NCBI GenBank assembly: GCA_951406725.2
Contig: OX597817.1
Coordinates: forward strand, 72,788,001-72,852,000
Origin: Octopus vulgaris
Lineage: Eukaryota
Direction of reading: 5' to 3'
DNA length: 64,000 nucleotides
In this document: piece after piece, positions 56,501-64,000 of the stretch
Numbering within the stretch: position 1 is the stretch's first letter
Layout: every line of letters begins with the position of its first letter
Translations under genes and position numbers: made by a program
Notes under the pieces: model-generated
Seen by the model: the letters and a program-made list of their open reading frames with translations, nothing else
Databases searched by the model: none
Told to the model about the DNA's origin: nothing

Positions 56501-59500
56501 TAGAGATAGCAGCCCAAATACACTTGAAACATACCCAACAAAAATATTCTTTTATTCTTTTACATGTTTCAGCCCTAATGCTGTGACCTTACCAGTGAGA
56601 AAAAGGCCAAAGACATATGTCCTTGTCTTCATATTGCATGATAGTTGTAAAGTATTGTGGTGATAAAAATGGTGCCATTCATTTCCAGTCATGTGGAAAT
56701 ATGTCCAGCCATGGAGAAATATTAGGGTAAAGATCCCCTTTGGTCATGAATGACCATGAGATTGCACTTAGAAAGTTCCCCCTCCAAAGCACAAGTCCAG
56801 GCAAGGTTGTTTATGGAAGACCAGCAGTTGCCCATGCATACCTGCCTCCCCTTTCCATGCCACTGATGTTATCCAAGGGAAAGACAAAGACCAATACAGC
56901 TTAGCACCAGTGATATCACTACTCATTTCTTCAGCTGAGTGAACTGGAGTAATGTGAAATAAAGTGTCTTGCTCAAGAACAAAACACATAGCCTGATCCA
57001 GGAATCAAACTCACTACTTTATGATTGTGAACCTGACACTCTAACCACTAAGCCATGCACCTTCAATTTTATTATCATATTTATGCTAAAGTATGCAGTC
57101 TTTGCTGAATTTTGAAAATAATGAAGTATTTAGTAAAGTATCTGGATCTTTGTGGTTATTGTCACTGTCTACAATTTTCTTCCAATTGTTTTAAAATTTG
57201 GAATTATGGATAAAGTTTTGTATACTAATTATGAAAATGAAATGAGCCATTAAAGTTTGCAAAATTTGGGCATTTAGCCAAATTAAAGTGAGTATTTTAC
57301 ACATCACCATGAAGTTCTGTTAGCATATTAAGCAAAGAAGCACCACGTGTTCCATAACTGATTGTGAAGAATTCTGTTTCCATAGTAACCAAAGATGCTG
57401 TGCATGTGCACAAAGAGTGTAACCACCAAATTGAGTGTAATCAACAAATTGAGAGCACCTGGGCATCTTTAAAGTGTGGAAACAAATGATGGTGTGGGAC
57501 ACACTGCTCCATGGTTGACTCTTATCTTTGTGAACTCACGTGGAGAAGGAGATATGAGAAAGATAATTTATTTTATAAAATCCTAGTGTATTGTAAACTT
57601 TCGTTCATGAGTTTGTTTTAATGTCTGTTTTAAGCAATGTTTTGATTGTTATTTCTAGTAACTTCTATTGGTTTACTCATTTATTTGTTTCAGTCATTTC
57701 ACTGAGGCCATGCTGGAGCACCGCCTTTAGTTGAACAAATAGACCACAGGACTTATTCTTTTGTAAGCCTACTACATATTCTATTGGTCTCTTTTGCCAA
57801 ACTGCTAAGTTACAGGGTCGTAAACATACCAGCATCAATTGTCATGCGATGGTGGTGGTAGTGGGGGGGACAAACACAGACACACAAACATATACATATA
57901 TATACAACAGGCTTCTTTCAGTTTCCATCTACCAAATCTTCTCACAAGGCTTTGGTTGGCCCAAGGCTATAGCAGTGGGACTGAACCCAGAACCATGTGG
58001 TTGGTAAGCAAGTTACTTACCACACGCTCTTAGCTTTTAAATATTTAATTTGCTTGCAAATCTTTTAATGTTTTTCACTGTTTACTGTAGCTAGTTTAAT
58101 GTTTTGTCATGTCTGTGCCCCCTCCCCTCTTTCTCACTACTGTGACAGATGATGGAAGAGGCAATGAATGTGCTGTTTTTTAATTGGCTTTGAACACCTT
58201 CGATATTTTGGCAAAATTTTTCTGTCAATAAATGAATAACAAATTCAGATTCAGCATCAAAAATTACATCTATATGACACATTAGAAACATTTTTTAAAA
58301 GATTCCGGCATGCAATGACGATAACCACAAAGATCCAAGTATCTTTGTCATTAAGCTGGCATTTATAACATGAAATTTTGATGGGAAGTTTTAATTCAAA
58401 TCACTTTAAAACAGGGGTAGTCTCAGAAGGGTTGTATCAAACGAGTTTAAAAGAAAAGAAAACTCACTGGACTGGATATACAGGAAAAAAAGAAAAAATA
58501 AGACAAGATGGTCACTATGGGAATAACTTTGATTAATAAGTCAACTCAGTCAGGGCTGACTCGGGGCTAAACAACAACAGCAAAAGTCCTAATATAATGG
58601 TCTGAACAACTGGATAATTAGCTAAACAAAAAAAAAAAAAAAAAAGAAAGAAAATTAACAGATGGTTTCTTTCAAGGGGAAGAATGACCTGGGAGGAGGA
58701 AGAAAGTTAAGCTTTTAATAACTATGTCTGCTGACAAACCACTGCTGCTCTCCTCTCATTCTATCCCCATTTTTGATGTTATTTTTACCTTCACCCTCAT
58801 ATTATCTTGCCTTAACACTTATCTCACCCTTTTACACTTCATACACTTTCTCTGATACCCCTCTCTTCTTCCTCTTTCTTCTCTTCTTTTCCATCCCTTC
58901 CAATTTCTATCTTTCATTGCTTATCTTTTCACTCTCTCTCCCTTTTTATGTATATACACCCTCTGTCTCTGTCTGTTTGTATGAGCGTGCTTGCATCATG
59001 TGTGTGTGTGTGTGTGTGTGTGTGTGATCCCACTTTTTTCATCCTTTGGCCACACCATGAATACTGCTGCCCACTGTGGTCTCCTCACACAAGACAAAAC
59101 ATTTCCAGAATTGAGTCACCCCAGAGGGCTCTTACTAAACAAATTGAAGGCATGGCTGCTCTCGACTATTGGGATCGCCTTAAAGCCTTGAAACTTTACT
59201 CCCTCCAGCGTCGCTGTGAGCGGTACATCATTTGTACGATGTGGAAAATATACCGCCAACTTTGCCCAAACGACCTAAACATTAGCTTCAAGGTTCATCC
59301 GAGACTTGGACCACGGGCTATACATCCCCTGCCAAATTCAAGATCACAACATACATGTACACTGCAACATAATTTCTTTTCCTCAACAGGCCCTGCCCTA
59401 TTTAACATTGTCCCGAGGGAGATCAAAGAGGAAAAGGATCCCATCAACTTCAAACAGAGTCTGGATAGATTCCTTCAAAGAATACCAGACAAGCCACCCA

Positions 59501-62500
59501 TAATTGGATACAACTCACCCAACAAGAACTCACTACTTGAACAAAACTGGATACAACTCACCCAACAAGAACTCACTACTTGAACAAAACTTGACTTAAA
59601 CAGGATTCGAATAATCCTATCAGGTGGTGCTATTAAGTTAGACATGGCCTGGACCAATCTCTGGTCGAAACATATCTAAGTTTTATCTAAGTTTTATATA
59701 TGTAAATCCATTCTTCCTGTCCTTTATCCCCTACCATCCTTTCTTTTCATATCCAATGCCCTTAACTTCTCCACTTTGAAGATGTAATGGCTGTGTGGAT
59801 TCAATGTCAGACAACTGATTTGTAGATAGATCCAAGTTCGAATACAATGCAAATATCATGCAAGACTCATACAATAAAATACTGCTCCTTCATCTATCAT
59901 ACACAAACATCTTAGCTTACAACCAAATGTTAGCCATTCTAAAGATGGGCAAAAAATCCACTAAAACCTTATCCTTCAGTTGCTTTTACTCTCTCTATCC
60001 CCTCCTTTCCTCGTTTGCCTATTTTACCCCTACCACAAAAGTCTCTGTTTCTCTCAACTAGCTCATAGCCAGCATCCTACCACCTTCAACCTATACTCTT
60101 TCTCCCTAGTGGACAAGCTCTATGGATTCTTCTCCTTCCTAGCCACCCCCCCATCAGACATCAACTTACAGATGGTAAATGGTGTCATTAGAGTGATGAA
60201 TGAAATGCCTTCTTTTCATTCTTCAAGAGTCAGTAAATAATGTACCAGTTTAGAGTGGTTGGCAAGTAGAACCATCAGAGCATTCAATGGAATGCCATGC
60301 AGTGTTTGTCCTGACTCTCAGCATTTTTTTATTCAAATCCCAGTGATGCCTATTTAGGTGGCAGATTTAATCTGTCTCAAAATTTAACAACACCTTGTGG
60401 TCCTTGGGTGCTTTGGTTGGAGGTAAGTCAGCTCTGTTAAAAGCATTCAGGCCAGATCTCTAGCTTGATTATACCATTGTCTCTATCTCTCCTACTACTA
60501 ACAGAGGCCCTGTAAAGGGTCATAAGCATCACTCTGCTTCCTGAATAATCAATAAAAAAAGAATAAAAACAATCTCACTGTGACAGTCATGGATGCCATT
60601 TTCTCTTCACAATTAAATCACAAATACAGTAACTTAGATAGATTTTGGCCAGTATAGGCCCAGGCCATGTCTAACTTAATAGCACCACCTGGTGAAGTCT
60701 TTTTACAGTTTTTCATAAAACGAATTTCAAGACATCCAAATGTTCATTAAAACTGATCAAAACGTTTTGAGTTAAAGTTTCATCAAGAGTAGACAAAATA
60801 TGATTTTAAATCTGAGTTTGCTGAAGACCTAGCAAGAACAAATTTTGCGATAATTTCTATGGATGCTTCAAATCAAAAAAGATGTTAAGTGATACTTTAT
60901 ATTATTTAGTATTACATTCCTGGTTAAGGAATAGAAGTTAAATTTTGGGACATGCAGACTTTTTCCAGTTGAGATAGTTGAGACCTTGACTAATGCCCTA
61001 GTCACAGTTATTGACAATCACAGTTTGACAGGAAAAATTGTTGGACTTCATGGAGACAAGGGCAACACAAATGTTGATGATGTACAACAAAAACACTGAT
61101 TAAAAACAAACTTGAAAGCGACTTAGTTAGCATTAGCTGTGCTGCACACATTGTGCACAACTGTTGATCTATTACCAATTGACACCAAAGCAACTATTTT
61201 GAAAATTTTCATATATAATTTCACATATACAGTTCATGTAACACAGCTAAAGAAAATTTTCTGTCTTTGCTGGAGTGCAATACAAAGAGCTAGTAGAACA
61301 TAGTAACACTAGTCTTGTCAATGTTACAGGCAGCAGAAAGAATTCTTAACATTTTTGCTGGGTTTGAAATCTTACTTTTGTCACCAAGAACACTGCCCAT
61401 GACAAATAAAACAATTCTTTGAAAATGATTTTTGAGAAAAGGTATTTATGGTTTGTACATGGACAGCTTGGCCTTTTCAATAAATTGATTCTGGCCATAG
61501 AAAAGGATAATTCCAACACAGCAGATAGCAAACTAGAAATACAAAATCTAATGACAAATAGAGAAGAAATAGAAAAACTGTGAATTTGTGCCTCAAAATG
61601 AAGAGAAAATTTGGAGAAAATGGTGAAAGCATTGAAAAAGTGAAGAAAAAACATAAAAGTTTTTTTTTATGAAACATGTCTCCCATACCAAGAACTGGTG
61701 GGAGACATTGCAAGGTTAAGTTCTGAAGACACATCTTGGCCCAGTATTGAACAGTCTGCAGTTAATCTCGACCAAAGAATTGGAAAACAAGTAATATAGA
61801 CGGATCAATTATTTGATGAAGTTATTGCAAAGAGCTCTGTGCAGTTCCAAAATAGAAATCTGGACAACACATAACGTTAAGTATGAAGAAAAGTAGCAAA
61901 TTTATTTTTGCTCATTACAAAGAAAAACATATATAGTAAAGAAAAATCTTAGTGTTGTAGAATACATTCTTTGTCTTCTTCATACTTGAACAAGTGTTTT
62001 CTGCAATAGATAATGTGTGGTCAGATAGGAGGGGCAGTATTGCAGAAGCTACAGTGAGGATCCTTCTGACACCTAAAATGAACTGTACTAAGTTGCTCAC
62101 AATAATTTGACAAAATTAGAAATATTAATTTCTTTGAAAAGTAGATTCAAGTGATAAATATGAAAGCACTGATGATTAAATAAAATATTACTTGACAATA
62201 TTTTACCTGCATTTACTGTCAAGTAAAGGATAGTTGTGATCAGCCATAGAGGATCTGTTCAGTTTCACTCACAGATTTTTAAATATTATTTTTTTTTAAC
62301 TAAATAGTTTGAAACTTCATATATCAGTATAATTTCTCATGCTCAGCAGTTTACTTTCAACATTTTTGACAAAATTTCGTATTTTAGAAGTTACTTCATG
62401 TTAAAGTTGTCATATTTGGCTAATTTTAACCAATCAATGAGGAACAACCTCCGAGTCATTTCTACTAAATGGTACCACTCTGTTCTATTTCATTTTTTGT

Positions 62501-63716
62501 TTACTGCCTATGTTGCATATTACACGTTGTTTTTTTTTTGGGGGGGGGTTCTTGTGTTGGAGTAACTAGTAAACATTGAAAAATCAACACCAACAAGGAA
62601 GAAATATTATATACATATATTTATTCGTTTATCCAATATGTAGTTAGAGATACAGCAGAAATTGTAGTAGTAGTGGTGACAAGTTCACTCACTGGTTGGT
62701 AGTTGATAGTGTAGAAGTGGCTATCTGCCAGTACAGAGGGAAAGAGTAAGGAATGCATGATGCTGACTTAGAAAAGAAGAAAGGATAAGGGTGGCATCAT
62801 CTTTCTTGTGGCTGAAAGCTTCTCTTTTGTGTCAGCTATGACCAAGGAGCAACACTTTCCCTTCGTCCTTTGCTCAACATACGAATAAAGCAGAGTAAGA
62901 TGACTCAGAAGTTGTTCCTCTTCAATTACTATTGCAAACAGCAGTAGCTTTCTTCAATTGAATACATGTTGTTGATTGGTTAAAATTATCCCAATATGAC
63001 AACTCTAAGATGAAATAACTTCTAAAATACAAAATTTTGTCAAAAATATTGAAAGTAAACTGTGTTGAGCATGAGAAATTACACCAGTACATGAAGTTTC
63101 AAACTGTTTAGTTAAAAAAAAAATTTTTTAATCTGTGAGTGAAACTGAACAGATCTGCCATAGATATCCTCTTCAGTCATCAGTTGTAAAACGATGCCTC
63201 AGTAGTATATACTCATCCAACTTATACTAACATTGAAAACAGACATTCATTCATTCATGTCTGTTTTCAATGCTTACTGTGTTTCATTAATCATACTTAT
63301 GTTTTAGCAATCAAACTTGTGTATAACGAAATTATGAATAACATGTTTTTCAAGATGTTCAAACATTAATATGGATTTTCCAAAGCCTTGTATTATATTG
63401 TAAAAATTGATGGCATTAGTAAACCTCTGGTCTATACAGTGAATATAAAATAAAAAGTAAATAAATAAAAAAAAACAATCTATTATAGCAAGAGAATGCT
63501 TGTTTTTGTTTTTTCTGCAGCTTTACAACCATTTTTGCATGTTAACACAAACATAAAAGATAGTAAATGATAAATGTATTTCAACAAGGGAATTGCTTAC
63601 CCAAAGGCTATTGTAAGATAAGGCAGCAGGCTTAGTTTTACAACAGACATTGTTGCCCATATCCATAATGCCACAGACAGAGCAGGGAATGCAGTAAATA
63701 GCAGCTTTTCAATAGT
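3024..63716 (-). CDS. Multi-exon gene (5'-partial, 15 exons in window, 786 aa) encoding a polytopic membrane protein, NEF1 (NO EXINE FORMATION 1)-like
   Basis: Exons 63601-63716, 39558-39750, 35116-35194, 27505-27680, 25665-25741, 24454-24602, 22458-22554, 20639-20843, 19779-19893, 10944-11091, 9190-9337, 8404-8540, 6175-6331, 4840-4974, 3024-3452 join with GT-AG boundaries and matching phases into one 2361-nt open frame ending in TGA. Motifs (IEKLLFTAFP..WAT, LFLVPTASSFR, LPILGNIAAIVSY, LICLQKD, ITTPVYIVLWSILW, MPLNSLL..ALGAFGI) resemble recalled Arabidopsis NEF1 in the same order. Confidence 0.85.
3470..3770. repeat. Degenerate ~38-bp tandem minisatellite (about 8 units)
   Basis: Recurring atatctataagaacatttgattaacaaacagt(t/c)aga-like unit. 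Confidence 0.7.
3945..4275 (-). mobile_element. CR1-group LINE RT C-terminal fragment
   Basis: ORF 3923..4273: KIAKKAEGVL..SF, WNLYLAQDINCLETVQRHATKRI..LPYSERL. Confidence 0.8.
4840..4974 (-). CDS. NEF1-like exon: QEILVNETNDKSYPLLPILGNIAAIVSYLVLCMLSPATGFLRDVW
   Basis: Acceptor tctctttttcag|CAA (phase 0); donor TGG|gtaaga (phase 0). Confidence 0.88.
6175..6331 (-). CDS. NEF1-like exon: CSCMAVFGTLIIGFDYF...SISLRLIGNKVK
   Basis: Acceptor cttcttacag|G (phase 2); donor AAG|gtaaat (phase 0). Confidence 0.85.
8404..8540 (-). CDS. NEF1-like exon: FYIRTSLSEGLHLLYILICSCVLSFITTVVKWRTAGKSFEKNISF(L)
   Basis: Acceptor ttttatcaacag|TTT (phase 0); donor CT|gtaagt (phase 2); translated by hand. Confidence 0.82.
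9190..9337 (-). CDS. NEF1-like exon: LSVLQWGNIVSVLCMVLLFLYTKPLPLAVVMSISAAISVCPTYSVIMQK
   Basis: Acceptor ttttcaacaacag|G (phase 2); donor AAG|gtaaga (phase 0); read in the third frame, which is absent from the ORF track. Confidence 0.84.
10250..10660 (+). mobile_element. Degenerate LINE APE-endonuclease fragment (CR1/Jockey group)
   Basis: LGDFNAHN at 10461 and TLDLIL near 10618, with frameshifts and stops. Confidence 0.6.
10944..11091 (-). CDS. NEF1-like exon: VILMITGLSVMILLSMCSD...IVYIQPSWSVS(W)
   Basis: Acceptor tatttacag|GT (phase 1); donor TG|gtatgt (phase 2). Confidence 0.86.
13317..13712 (+). mobile_element. tRNA-derived CORE-like SINE (related copies at about 49600-49910, 49925-50265, 50820-51210 on +; 57680-58030, 45790-46120, 21165-21290 on -)
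   Basis: gtggtaagaag..cttcccaaccac head, accttgggcaagtg CORE-like motif, internal (TG)n, and ccccagcatggcc...gaaacaagtaaaaga tail. Confidence 0.75.
14879..15108 (-). mobile_element. Near-intact tRNA-derived SINE with target-site duplication
   Basis: A-box-like TGGCAGAATCATTAG, B-box GGTTCAAATTCC, CpGs retained; flanked by CTTAGTTCTATACC at 14865-14878 and 15109-15122. Confidence 0.9.
16087..16652 (+). mobile_element. Internally deleted mariner transposon (mellifera-subfamily-like)
   Basis: ~30-bp TIRs TTGGGTTGTCCGGAAAGTTCGTGCCGATTT / AAATCGGTACGAACTTTCCAGACAACCCAA; left TA TSD; N-terminus MEDKKVHFRHLMLWE fused to C-terminus [26 protein letters not shown]. Confidence 0.92.
19779..19893 (-). 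CDS. NEF1-like exon: VTLHIVGVSLTCALNVEPLLSMLCYYFMDSQPSLSDIT(G)
   Basis: Acceptor ccattgccag|GTC (phase 0); donor G|gtaagt (phase 1). Confidence 0.86.
20639..20843 (-). CDS. NEF1-like exon: LTVVEKLQPYVSLICTSVHLTKVTSLL...KLSAKQ
   Basis: Acceptor ttccatttag|A (phase 2); donor CAG|gtaaca (phase 0); within ORF 20603..20917. Confidence 0.86.
22458..22554 (-). CDS. NEF1-like exon: FTSSEILLFHAKFYSSSIVLFSGLIALYLLY(R)
   Basis: Acceptor ttctttttcag|TT (phase 1); donor AG|gtaaac (phase 2). Confidence 0.86.
24454..24602 (-). CDS. NEF1-like exon: DILFIADNIPISMLYGTIWINALLCL...IVLQTA(V)
   Basis: Acceptor atcctttaccag|T (phase 2); donor G|gtaagc (phase 1); within ORF 24404..24622. Confidence 0.82.
24603..25664 (-). 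other. Candidate U12-type (minor spliceosome) GT-AG intron
   Basis: The 5' splice site GTATCCTTT (25664-25656) matches the U12 consensus RTATCCTTT exactly. The 3' end lacks a long polypyrimidine tract and carries branch-like TCATTAAA and TCCTTTAC motifs before the AG. Confidence 0.78.
25665..25741 (-). CDS. NEF1-like exon: NFSLAGFAGLSLLHSFWISRVPWSI(N), followed by a U12-type donor
   Basis: Acceptor ttttctcttatag|AAT (phase 0); donor AA|GTATCCTTT (phase 2); translated by hand, not in the ORF track. Confidence 0.82.
27505..27680 (-). CDS. NEF1-like exon: ISYQQVVRLRWLSGMITTLLCYQIL...LSSIRFK
   Basis: Acceptor ctttcacag|GA (phase 1); donor AAG|gtaagc (phase 0); within ORF 27349..27714. Confidence 0.88.
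28745..28962 (+). mobile_element. piggyBac-type MITE family A (TTAA TSD)
   Basis: TTAA-CCATTTAG...TAAAGGG-TTAA; same family as 33190-33408 and 35901-36110. Confidence 0.82.
31612..34935 (-). mobile_element. Decayed, near full-length RTE-clade LINE (EN + RT + 3' tail)
   Basis: EN motifs GEIVEML..VDVC, GLGILLARKWVDKV and IDYIFTRK; RT motif VNCYRGKG..HYRGIKLL; LYGSET-like motif near 32240; tail ccaacccatgctagcatggaagatgaacattaaatga. Confidence 0.85.
33190..33408 (+). mobile_element. piggyBac-type MITE family A nested in the RTE LINE
   Basis: TTAA at 33186-33189 and 33409-33412; TIR CCCTTTAGT/ACTAAAGGG. Confidence 0.9.
35116..35194 (-). CDS. NEF1-like exon: VEMVFVVSASIFLATLLPIRQFTEHL(G)
   Basis: Acceptor tttaacag|GTT (phase 0); donor G|gtaagt (phase 1); bridges the phase 0 to 1 gap between neighbouring exons. 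Confidence 0.82.
35901..36110 (-). mobile_element. piggyBac-type MITE family A (reverse orientation)
   Basis: TTAA flanks at 35897-35900 and 36111-36114; internal similarity to 33190-33408. Confidence 0.8.
38286..38506 (-). mobile_element. piggyBac-type MITE family B (other copies at about 5715-5897, 15510-15690, 37495-37690, 49100-49321, 55557-55806)
   Basis: Terminal AAAGGG-TTAA; near reverse complement of 49100-49321. Confidence 0.8.
38865..39342 (+). mobile_element. SINE-like element with internal tandem subrepeats and RTE-derived tail ending (GAT)n (related copies at about 12088-12290, 15154-15350, 51431-51660, 53194-53410 on -)
   Basis: Repeated ggcac(a/g)taaaag(g)cac units; tail tccaatccatgctagcatggaaagcggacattaaacgatgatg. 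Confidence 0.8.
39558..39750 (-). CDS. NEF1-like exon: FGLLQLFLVPTASSFRMHLGQEDNIIDPP...STNFL
   Basis: Acceptor cttttcag|A (phase 2); donor CTG|gtatgt (phase 0); within ORF 39501..39950. Confidence 0.88.
40414..40519. repeat. Near-perfect 39-bp inverted repeat (hairpin), probably a Penelope-like element remnant
   Basis: Arms 40414-40452 and 40481-40519 with one mismatch; arm/loop junction reads TGATGAAGGCTGAAAT. Confidence 0.75.
41562..42740 (-). mobile_element. RTE-clade LINE fragment (internally deleted RT region plus tail remnant)
   Basis: ORFs 42228..42623 (AIKGMKTGGAPSPSGITTEML), 42049..42243 (KGDALDTNNYRGIKLL) and 41600..41818 (LHGSEKW..RRLHWYGHV). Confidence 0.88.
45240..45445 (+). 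mobile_element. Mariner 3' fragment (transposase C-terminus plus right TIR), different subfamily from 16087
   Basis: DDDVISAVDNFFDKQAKSFF..WKKCVDCKGDYTEK* with a frameshift; TIR-like ggtcagcctatgaacttttcagctgacccttg-TA. Confidence 0.75.
46367..46532 (-). mobile_element. 5S rRNA-derived element (5S pseudogene head plus SINE/LINE-type 3' tail; SINE3-like)
   Basis: Minus strand 46532-46431 reads gttgaatgcaccagttcttgtctgataacaaagttaagcaacgttgagcctagtgagtacttagatggatgaccactttgggaaacctaggtgctagaagca, which resembles metazoan 5S rRNA; followed by ggtgcccaaacatgcctgcagc...gctgaaactagttaaagagtaa. Confidence 0.8.
52714..53510. repeat. Compound microsatellite block (TATG)n, (TA)n, (GA)n, (CAT)n, (GATA)n
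   Basis: Directly visible; similar (GA)n/(TA)n/(CA)n runs at about 19477, 24657, 41159, 43633, 43745, 48940 and 58999. Confidence 0.9.
56728..57062 (-). mobile_element. tRNA-derived SINE, third family
   Basis: Head aggtgcatggcttagtggttagagtgtcaggttcacaatc...gagtttgattcctgg (A/B boxes); ttgagcaagacac core. Confidence 0.75.
59040..59696 (+). mobile_element. 5'-truncated CR1/L2-group LINE 3' end
   Basis: EYCCPLWSP..IESPQRALTKQIEG..LDYWDRLKALKLYSLQRRCERYII in ORF 58948..59583; tail ending (ATCTAAGTTTT)2. Confidence 0.88.
60690..62110 (+). pseudogene. Highly decayed hAT-superfamily transposase
   Basis: ISMDASNQK (about 60853), CAAHIVHNC CxxH motif (about 61138), LEQVFSAIDNVWSDRR dimerization-domain-like motif (about 61985); many stops and frameshifts. 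Confidence 0.65.
62251..63156. mobile_element. Non-autonomous DNA transposon with ~190-210 bp TIRs and 8-bp TSD (Merlin-like)
   Basis: GGATCTGTTCAGTTTCACTCACAGATT... / ...AATCTGTGAGTGAAACTGAACAGATCT; GCCATAGA duplicated at 62243-62250 and 63157-63164. Confidence 0.88.
63601..63716 (-). CDS. NEF1-like gene, first exon in window: TIEKLLFTAFPALSVALWIWATMSVVKLSLLPYLTIAF(G)
   Basis: Acceptor ttttatttcag|ACT; donor GG|gtaagc (phase 2); within ORF 63597..63827. Confidence 0.85.
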
Positions 63717-64000
63717 CTGAAATAAAAGACATTGGGTTTCAATGAAAAAGAATATAACATCCAACAGCATTAAATCACTTAATAAATTACTAATTTCTCT
63801 GCTAATTTTACAAACATACACAGGCATCAGAGATCACATCCAAAAGTAGGCCAGCTGACAGGTTGGAAACTACTAACTCACTAACATGTTACAATCTCTG
63901 GCCCATAAATGTACCACCTCTTCTTCCTTTCTGCATGTTCTATTATCAACCACAAATATAACAGCCTCCACTCCTCTTAACTAGCTAATTTCATACCACC

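Noticed and set aside
56990-57062. tRNA-like sequence as a genuine tRNA gene
   Set aside because: It continues into SINE body and tail and does not form a complete cloverleaf.
58948-59583. 211-aa ORF as a host gene
   Set aside because: The N-terminus is (TG)n microsatellite and the rest is a LINE RT C-terminus.

Overview
AT-rich, microsatellite- and SINE-dense animal genomic DNA. The repeat families look cephalopod/octopus-like, but that is inference from recalled repeats. The window is spanned by one minus-strand, multi-exon protein-coding gene. I assembled 15 exons (63716 down to 3024), all GT-AG and phase-compatible, giving 2361 nt = 786 codons plus TGA; the N-terminal exon(s) lie beyond the window end. 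The product is a very hydrophobic multi-pass membrane protein that, from recalled sequence, resembles plant NO EXINE FORMATION 1 (NEF1) colinearly along its length. One intron (24603-25664) has a perfect U12 minor-spliceosome donor (GTATCCTTT). The introns hold several tRNA-derived SINE families, a 5S rRNA-headed SINE-like element, RTE- and CR1-group LINE relics, TTAA piggyBac-type MITEs, two mariner relics, a decayed hAT transposase, a long-TIR element with an 8-bp TSD (Merlin-like) and a Penelope-like hairpin. No prokaryotic features, CRISPR arrays or intact tRNA/rRNA genes were seen. All homology calls come from memory and need database confirmation.
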